Shown: one piece after another, positions 17,088-25,488 of the stretch
How positions within the stretch are numbered: the first letter of the stretch is position 1
How the letters are laid out: the number at the start of each line of letters is the position of its first letter
NCBI RefSeq assembly: GCF_049243625.1
Contig: NZ_CP046975.1
Strand: one strand, 5' to 3'
Length of the DNA stretch: 32,000 bases
DNA from: Corynebacterium amycolatum
GTDB taxonomy: Bacteria > Actinomycetota > Actinomycetes > Mycobacteriales > Mycobacteriaceae
The notes under the pieces: model-generated
What the model was told of the DNA's origin: nothing
The model's input: the letters and a program-made list of their open reading frames with translations, nothing else
Database searches by the model: none
Made by a program: the position numbers and the translations under genes

Positions 17088-17102
17088 TTTTTTTTGGGGG
17101 GG
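17088..17102. repeat. Homopolymer pair T8G7 (C7A8 on the coding strand) in the 77-nt gap between the flippase-like gene and the GT2 gene
   Basis: Read directly: gtgc-tttttttt-ggggggg-catc. It lies 18 nt after the stop at 17121 and 44 nt before ATG 17043 (minus strand). Confidence 0.9.
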
Positions 17103-17120
17103 CATCGGATGCGGGTGGTG

Positions 17121-18470
17121 TTACTCCACCGCAAAAGCCTCCGATACGGCTGACCTGGCAGCACGTGGGGAAAGTGTGCGTAGCGCAAGCAGGTGAATGA
17201 CAACACCTACTGCAGAGCCTACGGCGATAGCTGCGACCGTGCGTACCGACAGGTGCCCAGGGAGGAAGAGAATGGCAACGGCGATTGTGGTCGCAGCCAA
17301 CCAACCGATCAGATACATATGGTGCTTCTCCACTGCCAAGGTGACCGAGCCGGTAATCATCAACATGGCGGTCAACGTCGCACCGAGCGTCAGCGCCGCG
17401 AGCACCGGCCCGGACACATGATAGCTATCGTCCAGGATGAGAGTCATAATCCACGGGCCGATGAGCCATGCCAGGCCCGCCCCGAAGGTGCCGAAAGCAG
17501 CCAGCGCCCCCAACGGCTTGGCCAGCGCTGCCAGTACACCCTCGGAGCGATGCCGGACAAAGCTCACAATGATGGCGTTTTGGAACTTCTCCAAGGGCAT
17601 GAGCAGCGGAGCGCGGGTCAGCGTTACGGCGTAGGCGATTCCCGCAATGGTCACTGCTGCGGTGAAGTTGTTGGCATGCGGCGGGGTAAGCGATTCGGCT
17701 ATCCCGGTGCCAGTGGTGACCGCTTCGCCGGCAATCTTCACGATTGTCGGAAAACCTGTGACCAGCACAGCAGATGCGCCAGATGCGCCCATGGCCGTGA
17801 CCATGAGAGTGACGAAGCGGCGCACCGGGACGTCGGCACGCGCGAACATGACCGAGCGGGTTGCCGAGGAAAACAGCGCGAGAATAAGCCAACTGACAGT
17901 GCCGAACACCGTGATAATCAACCAGGCCAGCAGGCCCCAGCCGAAGTACCAGGCGATGAGTGCCAGCGCCACGCGCACGAGAATGTCGATCATGATTAGT
18001 GCAGCGTAAGGGCCCCACAGTTGGCGGCCGCTGAGCAGACCCGAGGTGGTGGCCTGCATGGAGTACAGAGCAAGGCCACAGGCCATGAGCAGAATTGCAG
18101 TGCCGGCGTCATCCTGCACGACCAGTGGGGCCCACAGCGGACCTGTCACTGCCATAGTGATGAAAGTAACTGCGGCGACGCCCAGGGAAACTGTGATGGG
18201 GCGAGCGCCGAGAGTTTGACCTGCTTCCGAGGCTTCCCGCTCCCGCCCCTGATCGTGCTCCCGATCCCGCGACTCCGCAGCGCCGATTGCACGCGTGGTC
18301 TCCTGCATCAGCCCGCCGAGAACACCCGTGAGCGCGAAGAACAGTCCCCAAAACGCCACGAACTGCAGATTTACTGCATTGGGAAGTGCGCGGGCCGAGA
18401 TAATCAGCACCGCGAAGCTGCCTATCGCGGCGACAATCGTGGCCAGCGACAACCATTTGAAACCGGACAT
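17121..18470 (-). CDS. Polytopic membrane protein, polysaccharide/lipid-linked-sugar flippase-like (MOP/Wzx-like; Rv3630-like position)
   Basis: 449 aa, roughly 12-14 hydrophobic helices with one charged loop (ESRDREHDQGREREASEAG). It sits immediately upstream of two GT2 genes on the same strand. The family call rests on topology and context only. Confidence 0.55.
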   Translation of the reverse strand: MSGFKWLSLATIVAAIGSFAVLIISARALPNAVNLQFVAFWGLFFALTGVLGGLMQETTRAIGAAESRDREHDQGREREASEAGQTLGARPITVSLGVAAVTFITMAVTGPLWAPLVVQDDAGTAILLMACGLALYSMQATTSGLLSGRQLWGPYAALIMIDILVRVALALIAWYFGWGLLAWLIITVFGTVSWLILALFSSATRSVMFARADVPVRRFVTLMVTAMGASGASAVLVTGFPTIVKIAGEAVTTGTGIAESLTPPHANNFTAAVTIAGIAYAVTLTRAPLLMPLEKFQNAIIVSFVRHRSEGVLAALAKPLGALAAFGTFGAGLAWLIGPWIMTLILDDSYHVSGPVLAALTLGATLTAMLMITGSVTLAVEKHHMYLIGWLAATTIAVAILFLPGHLSVRTVAAIAVGSAVGVVIHLLALRTLSPRAARSAVSEAFAVE

Positions 18471-18488
18471 TGACAGGCCTCTAGCTCT

Positions 18489-19949
18489 CTAATCCTTGGC
18501 CTTCGAGTAGCCGAGCTTTGCAAACTGAGCAGCCAGCTTCTCGTCCACGATTGGAGCACCATTATCGCCGATGCCCTGGTCAGCAGGGGAGCGCGTTGGG
18601 TCAGTGGGGAAGTCCGGCAAGGAGCTGCGTGACAGCCAGGAGTCAAAGATGACATCCAGGTGCGAGGTGGTGATGCCACGCTCACGGCACACGCGGTTGG
18701 CCAGTGCGCGGAAGTCCACTGCATCGACCACACTGTGGCGGTTAGTGGTGGTCCACTTGCGCACCAGGTCGAAGAACACCTCGTCGCCCAGCAGCAGACG
18801 CAGAGCGTGCACAGTCAGCGCGCCGCGCTTGTACAGACGGTCGTCGAACATCAGCTTTGGCCCTGGGTTGGCGATGACGATGTCCTGCTCTTCCTCAAGC
18901 AGATCCAGGTAGTGCTTGCGGGCGTGCACATCTGCGCTGGCACCACCGCTGACCTCGGACCACACCCACTCGGAGTAGCAGGCAAACCCTTCGTTGAGCC
19001 AGATATCGCGCCACTGCGAAATGCCGACACTGTTGCCGAACCACTGGTGCGACAACTCGTGGGCGATCAGTCGATTCCACGTGTCCTTGCCGTCGGCGTG
19101 GTTGGCACCGAAGATGGAAAGCCCCTGAGCTTCAATGGGGATCTCCAGGTCATCCTCACAAATGACCACCTGGTAAGCGCGGAAGGGGTAAGGGCCAAAG
19201 AGCTTGGCGAATTCATCGAGCATGCGCCCCTGATCGCGGAAGTCATGGCGAGCATTGGCCACCAGCTCAGAGGGCACCCAGGCCACCACAGTCGAGGTTT
19301 CACACGGCAGCTCGACCTTCTTAAACTGGCCGACATTGATGGTGGCCAGGTAGGAGGCCATGGGCTCCTCGGTGACAAACCGCCAGCGGCGGCGCGATCC
19401 GCCCACGTTCACCGGAGCGTCGGCAAGCCCTGGTGCGACGACCTCGTAGGGAGCGTCGGTGACCATCGTGAACTCGTAGAATGCCTTGACCTCGGGATCG
19501 TCATCGCAGGGGTACCACGACGCCGCGCCCACCGGCTGCGATGCCACGAGCGCACCGTTTTCCAATTCCTCCCAGCCAATTTCGCCCCACTTCGAGCGCA
19601 CCGGACGTGGCGTGCCCGAGTAAGTGACAATCAGCCGCAGCGTCTCGTCGGGAGCTAGCTCGCGGTCAAAGGTGACTCGCAGCTTACGACCCGAATGGCG
19701 CCAACGCTTCACATCGATAGAGTGGGCCTGCGAATCGGAAATCGCATCCACCGAATCGGCCCCCAGCGCATCCGCAAAGTCGAGCGTGATGTGCGAGGTC
19801 CAGGCGTTGATCTCGATATGCAGAGTCGCCGTCGCCTTCAGACGATTCGGCCCGACCCGATAGTCGAGGTCCAGCTCGTATTTGTTCACCCGGAAACCCA
19901 GGTTGAACGCGATACCGGTATATGGATTAGTGAAATCAGCGCTACTCAC
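18489..19949 (-). CDS. M1 family zinc metallopeptidase (aminopeptidase N-like)
   Basis: HELSHQWFGN (HExxH) and WLNEGFACYSEW (distal Glu). Start set to GTG 19949 (VSSADFTNPYTG...), 10 nt after the upstream stop. The ORF-track extension to 20129 overlaps the prolyl oligopeptidase gene and is Arg-rich junk. Confidence 0.85.
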   Translation of the reverse strand: MSSADFTNPYTGIAFNLGFRVNKYELDLDYRVGPNRLKATATLHIEINAWTSHITLDFADALGADSVDAISDSQAHSIDVKRWRHSGRKLRVTFDRELAPDETLRLIVTYSGTPRPVRSKWGEIGWEELENGALVASQPVGAASWYPCDDDPEVKAFYEFTMVTDAPYEVVAPGLADAPVNVGGSRRRWRFVTEEPMASYLATINVGQFKKVELPCETSTVVAWVPSELVANARHDFRDQGRMLDEFAKLFGPYPFRAYQVVICEDDLEIPIEAQGLSIFGANHADGKDTWNRLIAHELSHQWFGNSVGISQWRDIWLNEGFACYSEWVWSEVSGGASADVHARKHYLDLLEEEQDIVIANPGPKLMFDDRLYKRGALTVHALRLLLGDEVFFDLVRKWTTTNRHSVVDAVDFRALANRVCRERGITTSHLDVIFDSWLSRSSLPDFPTDPTRSPADQGIGDNGAPIVDEKLAAQFAKLGYSKAKD

Positions 19950-19959
19950 GGCTGTTACC

Positions 19960-22134
19960 TTACTTGAGCTTGTTCCACAGCCACGTAGATATGAGTGCCT
20001 CGACGAACGCGACCTGCGAATTATCCGCTGCGCCCGCGTGCCCGCCCTCTGTGTTTTCGTGATAGTCCACCGGCTGTCCCGCCTCTTCCAGCAGCCACGC
20101 CAGGCTCCGCGCATGCGCCGGGTGGACACGGTCGTCCCTGGTGGAAGTCGTAATCAACGCCGGTGGGTAGGCGCGCTGCTCTCGCTTGACGACGCGTTGG
20201 ACTGGCGAATACTGCGCAATCGCAGCCCGCTCGGTGGGGTCGTCCGGGTTTCCATACTCGGCCATCCATGAGGCTCCCGCGGACAGCCTGTGATAGCGCA
20301 TCATGTCCGCCAGCGGCACCTGGGACACCACTGCGCCCACCAACTCCGGGTAGGAAGTGAGACAGACAGCGGTCAGCAGCCCGCCGTTGGAGCCGCCACG
20401 TACGCCCAGCTGCTCGCGGGTGCAGTAGCCACGCGCAACCAGATCACGCAGCACGGCCTGATGATCCTCATAGACCCTCATCCGCTCAGTCTTGATCACC
20501 GAGGAGTGCCAGGCCGGCCCGAATTCGCCACCGCCACGCAGGTTGGCCTCCACGAAGTAACCGCCGCGCTCGAGCCAGGTCAGGCCACGGATCGCCGAGT
20601 ACTGCGGGACCAGCGAGACCTCGAAACCGCCGTAGGCGTGCACGAGGGTTGGGGCTGGGTTCGGAGTGGGTGCGTCTGTGGTTGTCTCCGCGCCTGTGCC
20701 ATCACCTGTACCAGCGCCCGCCTCCGCGCCGAATCGGCCGGTGATGCGATACGGAATGCGCGTGCCATCGGCCGAGGTCGCCCAGTGCTGGCGTGTCTCC
20801 ATCCCCTCACTGTCGAAGAGCGCCGGAGCACGCCGCACTTCCGTGAGCGGGCTGCCGACTTGCCCGTACCAGAGAGTTGCCGGCTGCGTTGCCGAGGTCG
20901 ACACCAACCAGATCTCATCGTCGCGCTCAGAGGCCGTATCAATCACGCTCACAGTGGATTGGGCAGGCAACTCGCCGAAGGTTTCCACCGGCTCCCACGA
21001 GCCCTCCCGCAAGACGACCAACTTCGTCGCGACATCCTCCAGCAGCGTCAACACCAGGAAGTTTTTCGTCCACACCAGCTGCTGGAACGACGTGTGCCGA
21101 TCCGGGGTGAAAATCACCTCCACCTCACGCGAGCCCGCCAGCCACTTTTCTAGTTCCACAATGGCTACACCACCAGCCGGAATGCCGTTGAACTCCGTGC
21201 GCGGCATCAGTACCAACCACTGCCTATGGACACTCGTCCGGCAGTCCTGCGGCACCTCCAGAATCTGCAGCGAAAAGTCCCCATTCTGCTGCGCCGCCAA
21301 CTTGCCCGGGCGCTCCGCCGCCACAAACCGCTGCGAGTTATAAAAATCATGCGCACGCTCGACAAACAGCCGTTCAAAGCCCTCCGTCGCGTCGAACCAA
21401 CCTCCCACAGCCACATCGTCGCTGTGGCCCGAGAAAATCACATCCGCGCTTGACGACGGCGTGCCGCGCCGCCACCTACGTACCTGCCGAGGGTAGCCCG
21501 AATCCGTCAGTGACCCCGGACCAAAATCACTGCCAGCGAGAATCTCGTCACGGCCCAACCAACAGACATCGGACTTCGCCTCCGGGAGGTAGAACGGCTC
21601 ATCCTCGACAAAAGTGCAGTTGACGAGGTCAAACTCCCGCACCACGGTGGCATCGGCGCCGCCGCGAGAGAGCAGAATTAACGCGCGGTCGTAATCCGGA
21701 TAACGGCACACCGTGCCTTTCCAGACCCAGTTTTCTCCCTCGGCTTTCGCCAGCGCATCGAGGTCAATCAGTACTTCCCACTCGGTCGCCTGCGGATCTT
21801 CCTGGCCAGCCAGATAGCTCTGCAACGAGGTGCGCCGCCACAGGCCCCGCGGATGCCCGGCATCCCGCCAGAAGTTATAGAGGTACTCGCCGCGCCGCAC
21901 CGGATACGCGATCCGGGCATCGGTGTTGAGCGCAGTCAGGATGCGTTGTTCCAGGTTGGTGCGGTCGCTGGTGTCGTCGGCAAGCGAATCGACGCCTGCG
22001 ACGGTGGCCTCCGACTGCGCGCGAGCCCACGTCAGCGCCTGGGAGCCGTCGATATCGTCCAGCCAATCGGGGACAAGGTCAGTGGAGAGGAAGGAGAAAT
22101 CGTTGCCCAAGTCGGTGTCCGTGTCGGTGCCCAT
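19960..22134 (-). CDS. Prolyl oligopeptidase family serine peptidase (S9A)
   Basis: Start set to ATG 22134 (MGTDTDTDLGNDF...). N-terminal beta-propeller-type region, C-terminal alpha/beta hydrolase domain with GGSNGGLL nucleophile motif, later TSTRDDRV (Asp) and GGHAG (His). The ORF-track extension to 22503 overlaps lpd. Confidence 0.85.
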   Translation of the reverse strand: MGTDTDTDLGNDFSFLSTDLVPDWLDDIDGSQALTWARAQSEATVAGVDSLADDTSDRTNLEQRILTALNTDARIAYPVRRGEYLYNFWRDAGHPRGLWRRTSLQSYLAGQEDPQATEWEVLIDLDALAKAEGENWVWKGTVCRYPDYDRALILLSRGGADATVVREFDLVNCTFVEDEPFYLPEAKSDVCWLGRDEILAGSDFGPGSLTDSGYPRQVRRWRRGTPSSSADVIFSGHSDDVAVGGWFDATEGFERLFVERAHDFYNSQRFVAAERPGKLAAQQNGDFSLQILEVPQDCRTSVHRQWLVLMPRTEFNGIPAGGVAIVELEKWLAGSREVEVIFTPDRHTSFQQLVWTKNFLVLTLLEDVATKLVVLREGSWEPVETFGELPAQSTVSVIDTASERDDEIWLVSTSATQPATLWYGQVGSPLTEVRRAPALFDSEGMETRQHWATSADGTRIPYRITGRFGAEAGAGTGDGTGAETTTDAPTPNPAPTLVHAYGGFEVSLVPQYSAIRGLTWLERGGYFVEANLRGGGEFGPAWHSSVIKTERMRVYEDHQAVLRDLVARGYCTREQLGVRGGSNGGLLTAVCLTSYPELVGAVVSQVPLADMMRYHRLSAGASWMAEYGNPDDPTERAAIAQYSPVQRVVKREQRAYPPALITTSTRDDRVHPAHARSLAWLLEEAGQPVDYHENTEGGHAGAADNSQVAFVEALISTWLWNKLK

Positions 22135-22216
22135 GCCCACCACCGTAGCCGACCGCAGTAGGTAAAACCGGGACTCGCGCGTGAAGTAAAGACAAGTCGT
22201 GCGTAGACTTGTGCAC

Positions 22217-23632
22217 GTGGCTGAACATTTTGATCTTGTAGTACTCGGCGGCGGTCCTGGCGGATACGTCGCAGCAATCCGTGCATCCCAGCTGGGTCTG
22301 AAGACCGCTGTGGTGGAGAAGCAATACTGGGGCGGTGTCTGCCTCAACGTTGGCTGTATCCCATCCAAGTCTCTGTTGAAGAACGCCGAGGTGGCGCACA
22401 TTTTCAACCATGAGGCTAAGACCTTCGGTATCTCCGGCGATGTCTCCTTTGACTTCGGTGCCGCACACGCGCGTTCGCGCAAGGTGTCCGCGGGCATTGT
22501 CAAGGGTGTTCATTTCCTGATGAAGAAGAACAAGATCACCGAAATCAACGGTTTCGGTGAATTCACTGGCCCGACCTCCATGGCCATCACTGATGGCGAT
22601 GACGAAGGCAAGGAAATTACCTTCGATAAGGCGATTATTGCGACCGGCTCTGTCGTCCGTTCCCTGCCGGGCGTTGAGGTCGGCGGCAACATCGTTTCCT
22701 ACGAAGAGCAGATTCTCTCCGACGAGCTGCCGGACTCCATGGTTATCGTCGGCGCTGGCGCCATCGGTATGGAGTTCGCATACGTCTTGGCCAACTACGG
22801 CGTGGATGTCACCATCGTCGAGTTCATGGACAACGTTCTACCGAACGAGGACGCAGACGTCTCCAAGGTTATTGCCAAGGAATACAAGAAGCTGGGCGTC
22901 AAGCTCATGACTGGACACAAGACCACCTCCATCGTGGACAATGGTGACTCGGTTGAGGTCAAGGTCGAGGCCAAGGATGGCGGCGACGAGCAGACTCTGA
23001 CCGTCGACCGCGTTATGGTCTCCATCGGCTTCGCACCGCGCACCGAGGGTATCGGCCTGGACAAGGCTGGTGTTGAGTTGGGCGAGCGCGGCGAGATTGT
23101 CATCGACGAGTACATGCGCACCAACGTCGATAACATCTACGCCATCGGTGACGTCACCATGAAGCTGCAGCTGGCACATGTCGCTGAGGCACAGGGCGTT
23201 ATTGCAGCTGAGCACATGGCGGGTCACGAGACCGAGACTATCCCGGACTACAACATGATGCCGCGCGCAACCTTCTGTAACCCACAGGTTGGTTCCTTCG
23301 GTAAGACCGAGGCACAGGCCAAGAAGTGGGCAGAGGAGAACGGTCGCGAGATTAAGGTCTCCACCTTCCCGTTCTCTGCCAACGGTAAGGCGCAGGGTCT
23401 GGCGGAGCCGGTTGGTTTCGTGAAGCTCATTGCAGATGCCGAATACGGCGAGCTGCTGGGTGGCCACATGGTGGGCGCCAACGTTTCCGAGCTCATGCCG
23501 CAGCTGGTTCTGGCGGAGAAGTACGAGCTGACCACTGAGGAAATCGGCCGCGCCGTTCACATTCACCCGACCATGTCCGAGGCCATGAAGGAAGCAGCCG
23601 AGGGCGTTATGGGCAAGATGATTAACCTGTAA
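22217..23632 (+). CDS. lpd: Dihydrolipoyl dehydrogenase (E3 of PDH/ODH complexes)
   Basis: VAEHFDLVVLGGGPGGYVAAIRASQLGLKTAVVEKQYWGGVCLNVGCIPSK (FAD motif plus redox-active CLNVGC), NAD motif VIVGAGAIGMEF, C-terminal HIHPTMSE. It aligns from residue 1 with C. glutamicum Lpd as I recall it (MTEHYDVVVLGAGPGGY...), hence GTG 22217 rather than GTG 22199 or 22211. Confidence 0.92.
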   Translation: MAEHFDLVVLGGGPGGYVAAIRASQLGLKTAVVEKQYWGGVCLNVGCIPSKSLLKNAEVAHIFNHEAKTFGISGDVSFDFGAAHARSRKVSAGIVKGVHFLMKKNKITEINGFGEFTGPTSMAITDGDDEGKEITFDKAIIATGSVVRSLPGVEVGGNIVSYEEQILSDELPDSMVIVGAGAIGMEFAYVLANYGVDVTIVEFMDNVLPNEDADVSKVIAKEYKKLGVKLMTGHKTTSIVDNGDSVEVKVEAKDGGDEQTLTVDRVMVSIGFAPRTEGIGLDKAGVELGERGEIVIDEYMRTNVDNIYAIGDVTMKLQLAHVAEAQGVIAAEHMAGHETETIPDYNMMPRATFCNPQVGSFGKTEAQAKKWAEENGREIKVSTFPFSANGKAQGLAEPVGFVKLIADAEYGELLGGHMVGANVSELMPQLVLAEKYELTTEEIGRAVHIHPTMSEAMKEAAEGVMGKMINL

Positions 23633-23697
23633 GAGGTTGTGGCTTTGGCCTAGGGCCAGTTTTCGCTGGTCCCGGCTCAGGTAGATACGAGTTAGTT

Positions 23698-23767
23698 CTT
23701 AAGTTTATGACAGTTTGACCGTGAAAATCGGTGCGAAAGTGTCATAAACTTAAGCACTTTCTTTTTT
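23698..23767 (+). terminator. Large AT-rich hairpin terminator after lpd
   Basis: CTTAAGTTTATGACA (23698-23712) pairs perfectly with TGTCATAAACTTAAG (23740-23754) around a 27-nt loop, followed by CACTTTCTTTTTTGGGGG. Confidence 0.6.
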
Positions 23768-23848
23768 GGGGGTCTTCTTTTTTGGGATCTTCCCCCGCAA
23801 ACCAAGCCCCCCGCAAACAGGCCGCCCCTGCGCCCGTCGTAAAGCGAA

Positions 23849-25285
23849 TTAGTACGGTGAGACGGTGGAGCGGTGCATGTTGATGTCGATATCCCGATGA
23901 ATCGGCGGGAACGCGCGCTGCGGACATGCCTCGCGGGAGCAGACCCTGCAGCCAGCGCCAATCGGAGTGGCGGCGTCGAGGTCCGCGAGATCGAGTCCGT
24001 CGGCGTACACGGTGCGCTCAGCGTGCCGGGCCTCGCAGCCCAAACCGATGGCAAAAACCTTACCTGGCTTGCCGAAACGCGCCGCATGATGCTCCACGGT
24101 CCGCGAAATCCACATGTAGGGCCGACCATCCGGCATGAGCGCGACCTGCCGCATGACCTTGCCGGGATAGGAGAAGGTCTCGTAGACGTTCCACAGCGGG
24201 CAGGTACCGCCCGAATGCGTGAAGTGGAAGCCCGTGGCGGATTGGCGTTTGGACATATTGCCCGCGCGGTCGACGCGCACGAATGTCCACGGAATGCCGC
24301 CCAAGCTGGGACGTTGCATCGTGGACAGTCGGTGGCAGATGGTCTCGTAGCCGACTCCATACGTGCGCGACAACAGCTCGATGTCGTAGCGTTTCGACTC
24401 AGCCATCGCATGGAACGACTCATACGGCAGAATTAGCGCCGCAGCGTAGTATGTCGCGACACCGCGCTGTGCCAGTTTCCTCGACTCCTCCGACATGAAA
24501 TGCCCGGACGCGACAGCCTCGGAAATGGTCTCGCCCTGCTCCAAAAACCCCAGCTCCGTGGCCATGCGGAAGGCCCGCTGCCCCGGCGAGAGGTGCCGCG
24601 CGAGGTAGAGCGTCTTCGTCCGCCGATCAAGGCTGTGCTGCACATCGCCTAACGACGATTCCAGCGCAATCCGAATCCCATGGTCGTTGGACAGCCTGTC
24701 GGCCAGCACAGAGACCACATCGGTGGTCTCGTCGGTGATGCGCAGCTCGCGGGCCAGCTCCTCGGCGGCCGTGTCGACCGAAGCGATGTAGTTCTGGCGG
24801 GCATAGAAGTAGTCGCGGACTTCCTCGTGTGGCATGGTCAGCGCCTGTGAGCCGGAGGCGGTGTCGGTGCTGTTGCCGAAGTTACGCTCCTCGGTGGCCA
24901 GGGAGAGTTTGTCGGTGACGTTGCGGTAGCGGCGGTGGATGTCCACCATGATGCGGGCGATATCAGGGTGGTCGCGAACCATTTCCGAGATTTCCTGCAG
25001 ATCCATGGGGGACTTGGCGATCTCCTTGTCCATCACCACGTCCTGGACCTCAGCGAGGAGGCGGGAGTCGTCATCGCGGGAGAAGAAAGTCGCGTCAACG
25101 CCGAATGTGTCCGTGATACGAAGCAGAACAGGAACGGTTAGTGGGCGGACGTCGTGCTCGATCTGGTTGACGTAACTAGCCGAGAGGCCCAACGCCTGTG
25201 CGAGCGCGGCCTGGCTGAGGTCGCGCTCGCGGCGTAGCTGGCGGAGGCGGGATCCGACATAGGTTTTCGACATACTGCTCAGCAT
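23849..25285 (-). CDS. ramB: RamB-type regulator of acetate metabolism (XRE HTH + ImmA/IrrE-like + C-terminal Cys-rich domain)
   Basis: N-terminus [78 protein letters not shown] is nearly identical to C. glutamicum RamB / M. tuberculosis Rv0465c as I recall them. About 475 aa. The start could be ATG 25285 or ATG 25273. Confidence 0.9.
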   Translation of the reverse strand: MLSSMSKTYVGSRLRQLRRERDLSQAALAQALGLSASYVNQIEHDVRPLTVPVLLRITDTFGVDATFFSRDDDSRLLAEVQDVVMDKEIAKSPMDLQEISEMVRDHPDIARIMVDIHRRYRNVTDKLSLATEERNFGNSTDTASGSQALTMPHEEVRDYFYARQNYIASVDTAAEELARELRITDETTDVVSVLADRLSNDHGIRIALESSLGDVQHSLDRRTKTLYLARHLSPGQRAFRMATELGFLEQGETISEAVASGHFMSEESRKLAQRGVATYYAAALILPYESFHAMAESKRYDIELLSRTYGVGYETICHRLSTMQRPSLGGIPWTFVRVDRAGNMSKRQSATGFHFTHSGGTCPLWNVYETFSYPGKVMRQVALMPDGRPYMWISRTVEHHAARFGKPGKVFAIGLGCEARHAERTVYADGLDLADLDAATPIGAGCRVCSREACPQRAFPPIHRDIDINMHRSTVSPY

Positions 25286-25404
25286 ATCGCGGGCTTTGCT
25301 GAATTTGTGTAGAAAGCCGTTGCAACCTTTGCTTAGGTGCGTAGGCGCTCAGGTTCTCTGGCACGCTTCACGACGGCCCGGAGTCGACACGTCGATGAAC
25401 GCAC

Positions 25405-25448
25405 AAAAAACACCCAGCGAAAGCTGCAGGTGCAGCCCTCGCTGGGTG
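25405..25448 (-). terminator. Rho-independent terminator of aceA
   Basis: Minus strand: CACCCAGCGA...TCGCTGGGTG (25448-25411, 18-nt loop) followed by TTTTTT (complement of A6 at 25405-25410). It lies 41 nt after the aceA stop. Confidence 0.7.
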
Positions 25449-25488
25449 TTGAAGCTAGGTCTTAGACCTAAGCCCTAAGCCGGGTGAC

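Noticed and set aside
16222-17304. 360-aa version of the GT2 gene extending over the 3' end of the flippase-like gene
   Set aside because: The first 87 codons are Cys/Arg/Pro-rich nonsense and overlap a hydrophobic membrane-protein frame. The GT-A fold begins right after ATG 17043.
18515-18530. RamB-box-like AGCTTTGCAAACTG near the end of the M1 peptidase gene
   Set aside because: It lies inside the coding sequence (it encodes QFAKLG on the minus strand), far from any promoter, and is probably fortuitous.
19960-22503. 847-aa version of the prolyl oligopeptidase gene, and the 546-aa version of the M1 peptidase (18489..20129)
   Set aside because: The extensions overlap lpd and the oligopeptidase gene respectively and translate to Arg/Ser/Thr/Cys-rich junk. 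Internal starts (ATG 22134, GTG 19949) give family-typical lengths and remove the overlaps.
23790-23835. 6C-type small RNA (C-rich loops) in the lpd-ramB spacer
   Set aside because: C5-C6 tracts are present, but I could not draw the two stems that should present them as loops. The tracts are direct repeats (CCCCCGCAAAC x2) rather than hairpin loops.
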